Source of the DNA: Candidatus Latescibacterota bacterium
Lineage (GTDB): Bacteria > Krumholzibacteriota > Krumholzibacteriia > WVZY01 > JAKEHA01
DNA: 64,000 nucleotides
Reading direction: 5' to 3'
NCBI GenBank assembly: GCA_963736125.1
Contig: CAVTNQ010000002.1
Span: 741,630-805,629 of the forward strand
Under the pieces are notes generated by a model. That model ran no database searches. It was not told where the DNA came from and was given only the letters and a program-made list of their open reading frames with translations. A program made the translations under genes and the position numbers. Shown piece after piece: positions 46,354 through 55,576 of this stretch (position 1 is the stretch's first letter; every line of letters starts with the position of its first letter).

Positions 46354-47379
46354 ATGAAGCTCTCGATCGAACCGATTCGCATCGAAACCGCGCACCCGTT
46401 CCAGATCGCGCGCAGCACACGCACGCACTACGACGTCTTCGTGGTGACGCTGGAGAGCGACGGGGTGGAAGGGCTGGGAGAGGCCGCGCCATCGGCGTTT
46501 TACGGCGAAAACTCAATGAGCGTGCGCGGTGCGATTCAGTCGATCGGTCGTTTTCTCGACGTCGACCCTGAAATGGCACGCGCGAACGTGAACACCGAGG
46601 GCGCCGACTTGTTCGAGATGCTGCGGCCGCACGCGTCGGTGCGCGCCGCACTCGACATGGCGCTGTGGGATCTGCGCGGCCGTCGCGAGGGAAAACCGGT
46701 GTGGAAGTTGATCGGGGCGGACGCCGCGCGCGCACCCTTGACTTCGTTCACGATCGGCTTCGACCAGCCGGATGTGATCGACGCCAAAGTGGACGCCGCG
46801 AAGTCGTACGCGATTCTCAAGGTGAAGGTCGGGCTCCCCGGCGACTTGGAGATTCTCGATCGCGTGATCGCGCGCAGCGGCAAGATCGTGCGCGTCGACG
46901 CCAACGAGGGTTGGGACCTCGAGACGGCGATGGAGAAGACGCTTGAACTGTACCGGCGACACGTCGAGCTGTGCGAGCAGCCGCTCCCGCACGAAGACGA
47001 AGATGGCCTTCGTCAGTTGAAACGCGTGAGTCCGCTTCCAATCATCTTAGACGAGAGCATCGTCGACCCGTCCGACGTGGCCCCGCGCCACGACCAGGGC
47101 CACGGCATCAACGTCAAGCTCATGAAGTGCGGCGGCATCACACGCGCGCTCTCGTTGATCGAAGCGGCTCGTGCGAACGACATGTCGGTGATGATCGGGT
47201 GCATGATCGAGACCTCCCTCGGCATCACCGCCGCTGCGCACGTGTCGCCGTTGTGCGACTACGCCGATCTCGACGGCAACCTCTTGCTGGCGAGCGATCC
47301 GTTCGCGGGGGTGGTCGTCGAAGAAGGAAGACTGGTGCTGCCGAGCGGGCCGGGACTGGGAGTGCGGCGGAGGAGTTAA
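46354..47379 (+). CDS. Dipeptide epimerase (L-Ala-D/L-Glu epimerase, enolase superfamily)
   Basis: PFQIAR, GLGEAAP, KVK, VDANEGW, EQP, DES, NVKLMKCGG, GCMIET and DLDG. Confidence 0.92.
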   Translation: MKLSIEPIRIETAHPFQIARSTRTHYDVFVVTLESDGVEGLGEAAPSAFYGENSMSVRGAIQSIGRFLDVDPEMARANVNTEGADLFEMLRPHASVRAALDMALWDLRGRREGKPVWKLIGADAARAPLTSFTIGFDQPDVIDAKVDAAKSYAILKVKVGLPGDLEILDRVIARSGKIVRVDANEGWDLETAMEKTLELYRRHVELCEQPLPHEDEDGLRQLKRVSPLPIILDESIVDPSDVAPRHDQGHGINVKLMKCGGITRALSLIEAARANDMSVMIGCMIETSLGITAAAHVSPLCDYADLDGNLLLASDPFAGVVVEEGRLVLPSGPGLGVRRRS

Positions 47380-47395
47380 CGCTGCGCGGGTTCTG

Positions 47396-47770
47396 TCACT
47401 CGATCACGACGACCGCCATCGCGTGGTCGTCGGTGTGCGTGATGGTGCAGTGGACGACGGAGCCGCCCAGCGCGGAGCAGATTTCCTTCGCGCGGCCGTG
47501 GAGCTCGACCACCGGCTTGCCGCTCGCGTGCCGTCGCACCTCGATGTCGCGCCAGCGCACGCCCGCGCCCCAGCCGGTTCCCAGCGCCTTCATGCACGCC
47601 TCCTTGACCGCGAAGCGACCCGCGATGCGGGGGACCGGATCGGCCCATCGCGCCACGTACTCCTTTTCGGCGGCCGTGAGAATGCGATCGAGAAAGCGCG
47701 CGCCGTACTCCGCGTGCACGCGCCGCACGCGCCCCATCTCGATCGAGTCGATGCCGAGCCCGCGAATCAC
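47396..47770 (-). CDS. acpS: Holo-[acyl-carrier-protein] synthase
   Basis: IRGLGID, AGRFAVKEACMKALGTG, GKP and TITH. Confidence 0.95.
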   Translation of the reverse strand: MIRGLGIDSIEMGRVRRVHAEYGARFLDRILTAAEKEYVARWADPVPRIAGRFAVKEACMKALGTGWGAGVRWRDIEVRRHASGKPVVELHGRAKEICSALGGSVVHCTITHTDDHAMAVVVIE

Positions 47771-47839
47771 CGCGCCAGTATAGCCGAGTCGACTCGGCGC
47801 TTGCTACCGCGCGCGTTCCCTTGCTAGTTTGGGCGCTCG

Positions 47840-49213
47840 ATGAACCCGCGCTCCTCCCGCCGCAACTCGACGCTGGGCATCCTCAACGGGATGCTCGTCA
47901 ACCTCGGCAACGCCTTCGTCGACCCGTTCACCGTGCTGCCGGTGTTCATTACGACCTTCGGCGGTTCGACGGTGCTGGTCGGGTTCGTCTCCGCGACGTT
48001 CTTCGCGGGGTGGTTCTTGCCGCAGGTGTTCGTCGCCAACGTGGCGCAAGCGCGCAAGCGCGTGCTGCCGATTTACACCGCGTCGGCGGCGTTTCGGTTC
48101 GTCGGGTTTGCGGGTGCGGGCGCCAGCGTCTTTCTGATCGATCCGGTCCATCGCAGCCTGATTCTCTTCTGTGTGTGCGCGGGGCTTTCGATCAACGCGC
48201 TCGCGGCGGGCGTGGCCGCGGTACCGTTCCTGGAGATCACGTCGAAAACCGTCCCCGTCCACAAGCGGGGTGCCTTCTTCGCCGGTCGTCGCGTGGTCGG
48301 CGGCATCCTCGGTATCGCGGCGGGGCTCGTCATCGCGGCGGTCTTGGGCGGCAACCCCGGCGACATGTGGGCGAAGACCCATGCCTATCGCGCGGTGACC
48401 TCGGTGGTGGACGCGATCGGGTGGGGAGGGTACGAATTCCCGCACGACTACGGCCTCCTCATCATCATCGGTGCCGTCATCTCGACGTGCGGCGTGGTGT
48501 CGTATCTGTTCGTCGACGAGCCCGACGCCAAACACGTTTCTCGTGCATTGCCGCTACGCGCGTACCTGGCCGACGGCTTCCGAATGCTCCGGCGCACGCC
48601 GGACTACCGGACCTTCTTCTGGATGCGCGTGTTCTACCAACTCTCGTCGATGGCGTTTCCGTTCTATGCCACCTACGCCTATACCCGCCTCGGGTTCTCC
48701 CAGGCGAGCGTCGGCGTCTTCGTGTCGATCTGGGTCGGGGCGGGTGTTTTGTCGAACGCGGTGTGGGGGCGGCTTCTCGATCGCAGCGGCAATCGCATCG
48801 TCTTCGTGTCGACGGCGGCCATGGCCGTCGTCGCTCCGATCACGATGCTGGTGCTGGCGTCGCGCGGTGCGCCGAAACCGGGAGCCGTCGAAGCCGGGAT
48901 CTTCGCACTCGTGGGGTCGACGTTTCTCTTGAACGGGTTCGTGCGCAGCGGCCGCTTCATCGCAAACCAAACCTACCTGCTCGAATCGGCACCGGCCGAA
49001 CGACGCCCGTTCTACGTCGGCTTCATGAACTCGCTCTCGTTCCCGTTCATGTTGAGCCCGATTCTCGGTGGACTCGTGGTTGCCACCCTCGGGTACCGCA
49101 CCCTCTTCGCCGTGGGCGGACTGGCAGCAGTGGCCAACATCGTCGCGAGTGCCCGCCTCAAGGAGCCGAGACGACACGTCGTCGGGTCCGGTGAAGAATC
49201 GGTCGAAGTCTGA
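47840..49213 (+). CDS. MFS transporter
   Basis: About 12 hydrophobic helices, TVLPVF, WGRLLDRSGNR and APAERRP.Y. Confidence 0.85.
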   Translation: MNPRSSRRNSTLGILNGMLVNLGNAFVDPFTVLPVFITTFGGSTVLVGFVSATFFAGWFLPQVFVANVAQARKRVLPIYTASAAFRFVGFAGAGASVFLIDPVHRSLILFCVCAGLSINALAAGVAAVPFLEITSKTVPVHKRGAFFAGRRVVGGILGIAAGLVIAAVLGGNPGDMWAKTHAYRAVTSVVDAIGWGGYEFPHDYGLLIIIGAVISTCGVVSYLFVDEPDAKHVSRALPLRAYLADGFRMLRRTPDYRTFFWMRVFYQLSSMAFPFYATYAYTRLGFSQASVGVFVSIWVGAGVLSNAVWGRLLDRSGNRIVFVSTAAMAVVAPITMLVLASRGAPKPGAVEAGIFALVGSTFLLNGFVRSGRFIANQTYLLESAPAERRPFYVGFMNSLSFPFMLSPILGGLVVATLGYRTLFAVGGLAAVANIVASARLKEPRRHVVGSGEESVEV

Positions 49214-49353
49214 CGCTATCCCCGCCAGCCTTTCCGATTGAGCTGTCACGCTGACAGCCGGCTCTGTCAGCAGCCTCTCGTCGCTACCTTGTCGGTGAGC
49301 TCTTGTGCCTTCTATCCCGTTCTCCGACAGCCGATTAGATAACCACAAACGAC

Positions 49354-49369
49354 TGGCACGTCCACTGCA
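49354..49369 (+). promoter_or_regulatory. sigma54 (-24/-12) promoter of the Hsp20 gene
   Basis: TGGCACGTCCACTGCA, with GG at 49355-56 and GC at 49367-68. One mismatch to TGGCAC-N5-TTGCA. Confidence 0.65.
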
Positions 49370-49452
49370 ATAGCGTTTGACTGGTGGCGAGGCCACCCCG
49401 AAACACGAAACCCAAATTGAAACGCTGATGAACCCCAATGGAGGAGAACGAA

Positions 49453-49902
49453 ATGAAAATCACCAAGTATGTGGCCCCGGTATCGCCGCTCGACGCGGTC
49501 TTCGATCGGCTGGGCTTTGGACTGCCCGCTATCGATCGATTCTTCGGTGACGCCAATGACGTTGCCGAGGAAGGCTGGAACTCGGTTCGTCTGCCGCGCA
49601 CCAATATTCGCGAGACGGACGACTCGTACATCTTCTCAATGGAGATGCCGGGCCTGACCCGCCAACAGGTCGAGGTCAACATCGAAGGCGACACGCTCGT
49701 CATCAAGGGCGAGAAGTCGGAGCAGTCCGAAGAGAAGGGGCTTCTGCGCCGCGAGTATCGCGCGACCCGCTTCGAGCGGACCTTCACGGTCGGCAATGCG
49801 ATCGACCGCGAGCACGTCAAGGCGAAGATGGAGGACGGCATTCTGACGGTGACGCTTCCCAAGAGCGCCGAGAAAGTCGGTCGTAAGATCGACGTCGCGT
49901 AA
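49453..49902 (+). CDS. Hsp20/alpha-crystallin small heat shock protein
   Basis: SD GGAGGAG, NIRET..Y..EMPG, FERTF, AKMEDGILTVTLPK and C-terminal IDV. Confidence 0.95.
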   Translation: MKITKYVAPVSPLDAVFDRLGFGLPAIDRFFGDANDVAEEGWNSVRLPRTNIRETDDSYIFSMEMPGLTRQQVEVNIEGDTLVIKGEKSEQSEEKGLLRREYRATRFERTFTVGNAIDREHVKAKMEDGILTVTLPKSAEKVGRKIDVA

Positions 49903-49934
49903 CGCTCGTCGGATGGGACGATGAGTGCCGGGAT

Positions 49935-49969
49935 GGGCCCGGGCCGCAAGGCTCGGGCCCTTTCTCTTT
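49935..49969 (+). terminator. Rho-independent terminator after Hsp20
   Basis: GGGCCCGGGCC-GCAA-GGCTCGGGCCC followed by TTTCTCTTT. Confidence 0.85.
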
Positions 49970-50001
49970 GTGGCGGAACCCGCTTCTGGTAAAGTCGGCG
50001 G

Positions 50002-51450
50002 ATGCCACGTCCGACGGCGATCCGGCTCTTGGGTTTAACCATCCTCTCCCTCTCGCTGGGTGGTGCTGCCGCGCGCGCGGCGGAAGTCCCGGTCGACGAA
50101 CAGTGGTTCATCGTGCGCATCGGCGGTGCCGTCGTCGGTACCGCGACCGAACGTTATCAAGGCGGCGAAGAGGGTGTGGTCTACCAGGCCCACATGAACA
50201 TTCGCTTTACCCGGCTCGGCACACCCATCTCCATGATGATGCTGACCGAAGAAATGTCGGACGCCGCCGGCGGTTTTCGTCGTGCGCGCGTGGAAAGCTC
50301 CTTGTCGGATTTCAGCGCGACGGCGATCCTCGACGGCGACTCGGTGCGCTACGAATCGCGGGTGGGAGAGTCGACGTCGCACCGAACCATCGCGTGGGAT
50401 CCGGCCGCGGCCACCGAAGTGGTGACGAACGAGCGCGTGCGCGCGTGGCTCGGCGGTGCCGCGCCCGAGACGACGGTGGTTCTCTTCGACGTTTCGGAAG
50501 GGAATTTTCGCCGCGCGCGCATGGTGCGCGGTGCCGTCACGTCGGCCGACGGCGTTCGCATCACCGCGGTCGACGAATTCGACGACGGCGCCGACACGCC
50601 CGCATCGACCACGTGGTACGACGGCGCGGGAGAGGTCACGCGCACGCTCGTGCGCCAGCTCGGCATCGAGATCGAAATCGTGCGGGTTTCGCAGGAAGAG
50701 TTGGCCAAGGTCGAAATAGAACCCGACTTCGACATCATTCGCCAGTCGATGTTGCGGTGCGACAATTTTCCGACCCCGGTGTCGAAGGTCGATCGCGCGA
50801 CGCTGCGCCTCGAGTTTCCGGGGGCGCCCCCGGTCGCTTCCATGAACGGGCCCAATCAAAAGGAACGCTCGCGCGACGAACGCTCGGTCGTGCTCGAGTT
50901 GACGCGCGACACCGTGAATCACTGGAACATGACTAAGTCGGAACTGGCCGCCTTCTTGAAGCCCGACCGCTTCATCCAGTCCGACAACCCCGCCATTCGC
51001 GCCGTGGCCGATAGCATTCGCGCCGCCGCGCACGTCGACGGTTGGCCGCTCGCGCGCGCGATCGCGCAGTGGGTCAACTTGTACATCGTCGACAAGAGCA
51101 TGGAACACGGCTACGCGTCCGCACTCGACGTCTTGCGCTCGCGTTCGGGCGATTGCACCGAGCATTCGCTCTTGACGGTCGCAATCCTGCGCGCGGCCGG
51201 GATCCCGGCGCGACCCGTCGTGGGGCTCGCGTTCGGCGAATCCGAGCACGCCTTCGTGGGCCATATGTGGACCGAAGCCTACATCGACGAATGGCGGACA
51301 CTCGACGCGCTCGACCTTCGCCTCGACCCCATTCGACTGCGCGTCCACGCGCCCGCGGCGAGCGAATCGCTGGGCGAGCGCGACCTGATGCGCGCGTACG
51401 GCGCGATCGCCGGTGTTACCATCACCGCTCTCGCTCTCGAGTCCAACTAG
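50002..51450 (+). CDS. Secreted transglutaminase-like domain protein
   Basis: Signal peptide, GDCTEH, RAAGIPAR and HMWTE..W..LD (Cys-His-Asp triad). Confidence 0.88.
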   Translation: MPRPTAIRLLGLTILSLSLGGAAARAAEVPVDEQWFIVRIGGAVVGTATERYQGGEEGVVYQAHMNIRFTRLGTPISMMMLTEEMSDAAGGFRRARVESSLSDFSATAILDGDSVRYESRVGESTSHRTIAWDPAAATEVVTNERVRAWLGGAAPETTVVLFDVSEGNFRRARMVRGAVTSADGVRITAVDEFDDGADTPASTTWYDGAGEVTRTLVRQLGIEIEIVRVSQEELAKVEIEPDFDIIRQSMLRCDNFPTPVSKVDRATLRLEFPGAPPVASMNGPNQKERSRDERSVVLELTRDTVNHWNMTKSELAAFLKPDRFIQSDNPAIRAVADSIRAAAHVDGWPLARAIAQWVNLYIVDKSMEHGYASALDVLRSRSGDCTEHSLLTVAILRAAGIPARPVVGLAFGESEHAFVGHMWTEAYIDEWRTLDALDLRLDPIRLRVHAPAASESLGERDLMRAYGAIAGVTITALALESN

Positions 51451-51462
51451 TAGGAGGAATTT

Positions 51463-52851
51463 TTGCCGGCGCTGAAGAAGACGATGTTTCGCGAATACGA
51501 CATTCGCGGGCGCGTGTCCGACGACGAGCTCAACGCGCGCACGGCCGAATGGATCGGGCGCGGGTTCGGGACCATGCTGGCACGCAAGGGCGTCGACGAC
51601 ATGGTGGTCGGTTACGACAGCCGCTTCGGGTCGATCGAGATCAAGGATGGTCTCGTGAAGGGACTGCGCGCGACTGGTCGCAACGTCGTGATGGTCGGTA
51701 TGTGCCTGACGCCGATGATGTATTGGTCGCAGTACCGCTTCAAGGTCAAAGGCGGTGCCATGGTGACCGGCAGTCACAACCCGAAGGGTTGGAACGGGCT
51801 CAAGCTCGCGGCCGGATTTTCGTCGACGCTGGTGGCGTCGGAGATCCAGGAGTTGTACGACCTCATCGCGCGCGAGGACTTCGTCGACGGGCACGGCGAC
51901 TACGCCGAGGCGACCATCTCCCTCGATTACGCGCGCGACCTGGTCTCGCGCGTCAAGATCGCGCGCCCGCTCAAGATCGTCATCGACACCGGCAACGGTA
52001 CCGCGGGTGCGTTCGCGCCGCGCATCTTCAAGGACGCCGGGATGAACGTGATCGAACAGTTCACCGAACTCGACCCCGACTTTCCCAACCACGAGCCCGA
52101 TCCGGCGCGCACCGACACGGTCGAAGCGCTGGGTAAGCGCGTGCGCGTCGAAGGCGCCGACCTGGGGCTCGCCTTCGACGGCGACGGCGATCGCTTCGGT
52201 GTGGTGGACGAGAAGGGCGACGTCATATGGCCCGACCGCTACATGATCCTGCTCGCGCGTCAGGTGCTCGAACGCGTGCCGGGCGGGAAGATCGTCTTCG
52301 ATGTCAAGTGCACGCAAGCGCTCGAGGACGACATTCGCGCGCACGGCGGCGTTCCCATCATGTGGAAGACGGGGCATTCGCACATCAAGAAGAAGCTCCA
52401 AGAAGAGAAGGCGGCGCTGGCGGGCGAGATGAGCGGCCACGTCTTCTTCGTCGAGAACTATTACGGCTTCGACGACGGCGTCTACGGCGGCCTGCGCTTC
52501 GTGGAGTACGTGGCCGCGCGGAAGGAATCGCTGTCGCAAATCATGGCCGGGACACCCACGTATCTGTCGACGCCGGCCATAACCGTGCACTGCGCCGACG
52601 AAGTGAAGTACGGTGTCGTCGAACGATTGACGGCCGGCTTGAAGAATGACTTCGAACGCGTGGTTGACATCAACGGCGCCCGCGTCGTCTTCGACGACGG
52701 GTGGGGGTTGGTGCGCGCGTCGTCGAACTTGCCCGAATTGGTGCTGCGCTTCGAGGCCAAGACACCTGGGCGTTTGAACGAGATCAAGAAGATATTCCGC
52801 GGCTACCTCGAGAAGTATCCCGAGGTCGACCGGCATTGGGAGAACGAATAG
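51463..52851 (+). CDS. Phosphomannomutase/phosphoglucomutase (AlgC-like)
   Basis: FREYDIRG, TGSHNP, FDGDGDR, GEMSGH and RASSN. SD AGGAGG before a TTG start. Confidence 0.95.
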   Translation: MPALKKTMFREYDIRGRVSDDELNARTAEWIGRGFGTMLARKGVDDMVVGYDSRFGSIEIKDGLVKGLRATGRNVVMVGMCLTPMMYWSQYRFKVKGGAMVTGSHNPKGWNGLKLAAGFSSTLVASEIQELYDLIAREDFVDGHGDYAEATISLDYARDLVSRVKIARPLKIVIDTGNGTAGAFAPRIFKDAGMNVIEQFTELDPDFPNHEPDPARTDTVEALGKRVRVEGADLGLAFDGDGDRFGVVDEKGDVIWPDRYMILLARQVLERVPGGKIVFDVKCTQALEDDIRAHGGVPIMWKTGHSHIKKKLQEEKAALAGEMSGHVFFVENYYGFDDGVYGGLRFVEYVAARKESLSQIMAGTPTYLSTPAITVHCADEVKYGVVERLTAGLKNDFERVVDINGARVVFDDGWGLVRASSNLPELVLRFEAKTPGRLNEIKKIFRGYLEKYPEVDRHWENE

Positions 52852-52862
52852 GAGGGCTCGCC

Positions 52863-54671
52863 GTGTTCAAGTGGATCGTGCTGTCCGTGGTGCTGCTGGG
52901 TGCTGTGCCGTCGTTCGCGCAGAATCTACCGGAAGGGTACGCGGGGCTCGCGGTGACGCAGCCCATGATCGACAAGACACTGCAGGTGCAGCTGTCTCCC
53001 GACCTGTCGTCCTTGACGCCGGCCGAGCGGACGGCCGTGGACGCGCTCATCAAGGCCGGCCTGATCATCCAGCGCCTGCACGAAGACATGCGCCACCGTC
53101 AGGCGGCCGACTCCTATATTCGCTTGTCCGACCTGCACAAGAATCTGGGCGCCCCGCGCGCGACGAGCAATCTCTTGGTCCTGTACTACGTCAATCAGGG
53201 CCCCATCGCACGCGAGCTCGACAACGTGCGACGCCCCGTGTTGCCCGTCGATCCGCCCGTACCGGGCGGTGCGGTCTACCCGTGGGGTGTCACCAAGGCC
53301 GAGGTGGACACGTTCATGATCGCGCACCCCGAGGAGGCCGCGGCCATCCTCGATTCACGAACCGCTGTGCGGCGGCAACTCAAGCACGATATCGATAGCG
53401 ATCTCACGGCGATGAATCGACACAAAGAGTTGACGGAAGCACACAAACTGTTACGTGAGAAATTGATCGGATTGTCGCGCCGGCCGCTCGGCGAGACGGC
53501 ATTCTACGCCGTGCCGTACGCGGTCGCGTACGCGGACGAGATGTCCAAGGTGAGCGAGTTGTTGATCACCGCCGCGACCGCGATGGCCACCGAGGATTCG
53601 GCCTTCGCGGGCTACCTGCGCGCGCGTGCGCACGACCTCGTCACCAACGACTACGCCCCCGGCGACTCGGCCTGGGTGAGCGGGCACTTCAAGCGTTTGA
53701 ACGCGCAAATCGGTTCGTACGAGACCTACGACGACGAGCTCTACGGGGTAAAGACATACTTCGGTCTCAACATTCTATTGCGCGACCAGGTGCAGAGCGA
53801 CGCGTTGCGCAACGCCACCCGCGAGCTGCAGCGCTTCGAAGATTCGCTCCCCTACCACGAAGGCAAACCGCACAAGCGCGTGCGGACCGACATTCCCGTG
53901 GGCGTGTACGACGTCATCGCGGACTTTGGGCAGTCGCGCGGGACCAACACCGCTTCGATCCTGCCCAACGACGCCGACATCGTGCGCAAGTTCGGGCGCA
54001 CCATTCTTCTGCGCCGCAACATCATGGAAGACCCCGGGCTGTTCGAGATGACGCGCGTCGCCTACGCAGCCGCGATGGCGCCCGCATTCGCCACCCATCT
54101 CACCGCCGAAGCCAACACGCAGCGCACACTGTGGCACGAGATCGGGCACTACCTCGGCGTCGATCGCACCGACGATGGCCGCGATCTCGACGCCGCGCTC
54201 GGGCACGCGTCGGGCTCGCTGGAAGAGATGAAGGCGGACCTGGTGGCGCTGTACGTCGCACCCGCGCTCGAAAAGATGGGTTACTACACGTCCGACGCCA
54301 CGCGCTCGTTGTACGCGAGCGGCGTGCGCCGCGTGCTGCTCAAGAACAAGCCCGAACGGGCTCAGGTCTACCAGACCATGGAACTCATGCAATGGAACTA
54401 CTTCCTCGCCCACGGCGCGCTCTCGTTCGACGCCGCGACGGGGAAACTCTCGGCGCACTACGACCAATTTCCCGCCGCCGTCGCCGCCATGCTGCGCGAA
54501 ACCCTCGCGGTACAGGCGGCCGGCGACCCACGCGCGGCCGACGCATTCATCGACAAGTGGACCGAATGGCGTCCCGACCTGCACGAGCGCGTCGCGCAAG
54601 CGATGCGCGCGAGTGAGCGCTATCGCTTCGCGTACGTGACCTACCAGGCGGTCGACGCGTCGGCACGATGA
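52863..54671 (+). CDS. Secreted dipeptidyl-peptidase III-like (M49-related) zinc peptidase
   Basis: Signal peptide, IGSYETYDDELYG.K, LPND, HEIGH and LEEMKAD. Confidence 0.8.
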   Translation: MFKWIVLSVVLLGAVPSFAQNLPEGYAGLAVTQPMIDKTLQVQLSPDLSSLTPAERTAVDALIKAGLIIQRLHEDMRHRQAADSYIRLSDLHKNLGAPRATSNLLVLYYVNQGPIARELDNVRRPVLPVDPPVPGGAVYPWGVTKAEVDTFMIAHPEEAAAILDSRTAVRRQLKHDIDSDLTAMNRHKELTEAHKLLREKLIGLSRRPLGETAFYAVPYAVAYADEMSKVSELLITAATAMATEDSAFAGYLRARAHDLVTNDYAPGDSAWVSGHFKRLNAQIGSYETYDDELYGVKTYFGLNILLRDQVQSDALRNATRELQRFEDSLPYHEGKPHKRVRTDIPVGVYDVIADFGQSRGTNTASILPNDADIVRKFGRTILLRRNIMEDPGLFEMTRVAYAAAMAPAFATHLTAEANTQRTLWHEIGHYLGVDRTDDGRDLDAALGHASGSLEEMKADLVALYVAPALEKMGYYTSDATRSLYASGVRRVLLKNKPERAQVYQTMELMQWNYFLAHGALSFDAATGKLSAHYDQFPAAVAAMLRETLAVQAAGDPRAADAFIDKWTEWRPDLHERVAQAMRASERYRFAYVTYQAVDASAR

Positions 54672-55576
54672 CGCAGCGCGACGACGGGGCCACGCGCCGC
54701 GCCGAACTGCAGATCGTCCTCGGGAGCGTCCTGATCTCGTTCTCCGCCATCTTCGTCAAGATGGTGACGGTGGGCCCGACAGCCTCGGCGGTATATCGCA
54801 ACGTATTCGGAGCCCTCGCGCTGTTGCCGATGGTGATCGTGCGTCGCGACGCGTGGTGGAAGGGAATGCGAGCGTTTCGCTGGGTGCTGGTGGCCGGCGT
54901 GTGCTTCGCGGCGGACTTGTATTTCTGGCATCGCGCGATTCTCTACGTGGGCCCCGGGCTGGCCACACTCCTCGGTAATTTTCAGGTGTTCTTCGTCGCG
55001 GCCGCGGGTCTGCTGGTATTTCACGAGCGCGTGACGGTGCGTTTTCTGTTGTCGGTTCCGCTGGCGCTACTGGGATTGTTCATGCTGGTGGGAGTCAAGT
55101 GGGGCACGTTCGACGCCGACTACCGCCGCGGCGTCATCTACGGCATCCTGACCGCCTTGAGCTACGGGGGCTATCTCCTGTGCATGCGCGCCGCGCGCCG
55201 CGAACCCAACCGTCTCTCCGCGGTGGCGAACTTGGCGTTTTCGACCGTGTGCACGGCCGCCATCCTGACGGCGGTCGCCGTTGTGCGCCATGAATCCTTG
55301 CACGTGCCCGACGCGCGCACGTGGGGAATCCTGGCTGCGTATGGGATCCTCTGCCAGGCGCTGGGGTGGATCATCATCTCGCGCCCGCTGCACTTGGTCG
55401 ACGCCTCGCGCGCCGCGTTGATTCTGATGCTGCAGCCCGCGCTCACCTACGTGTGGGACGTGCTGTTCTTCCATCGCCCGATGACGGCCGTCGAAGCGGG
55501 CGGTGCCGCACTCGCGATCGCCGCCATCTACTTGGGCAACGCGCGCACCTCGAGTAACACCGCGGCGTCGGCATGA
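54668..55576 (+). CDS. DMT/EamA family transporter
   Basis: Ten TMs in two repeats, SAIFVK, ATLLGNFQV and LQP. Confidence 0.9.
   Translation: MTQRDDGATRRAELQIVLGSVLISFSAIFVKMVTVGPTASAVYRNVFGALALLPMVIVRRDAWWKGMRAFRWVLVAGVCFAADLYFWHRAILYVGPGLATLLGNFQVFFVAAAGLLVFHERVTVRFLLSVPLALLGLFMLVGVKWGTFDADYRRGVIYGILTALSYGGYLLCMRAARREPNRLSAVANLAFSTVCTAAILTAVAVVRHESLHVPDARTWGILAAYGILCQALGWIIISRPLHLVDASRAALILMLQPALTYVWDVLFFHRPMTAVEAGGAALAIAAIYLGNARTSSNTAASA

Noticed and set aside
50035-52836. 933-aa ORF on the - strand, and similar long antisense ORFs (884-2941, 9332-11215, 14342-16711, 21712-23490, 55528-57414)
   Set aside because: These are shadow frames opposite well-conserved genes. Stop-poor antisense frames are expected with high GC3, and they show no recognisable motifs.
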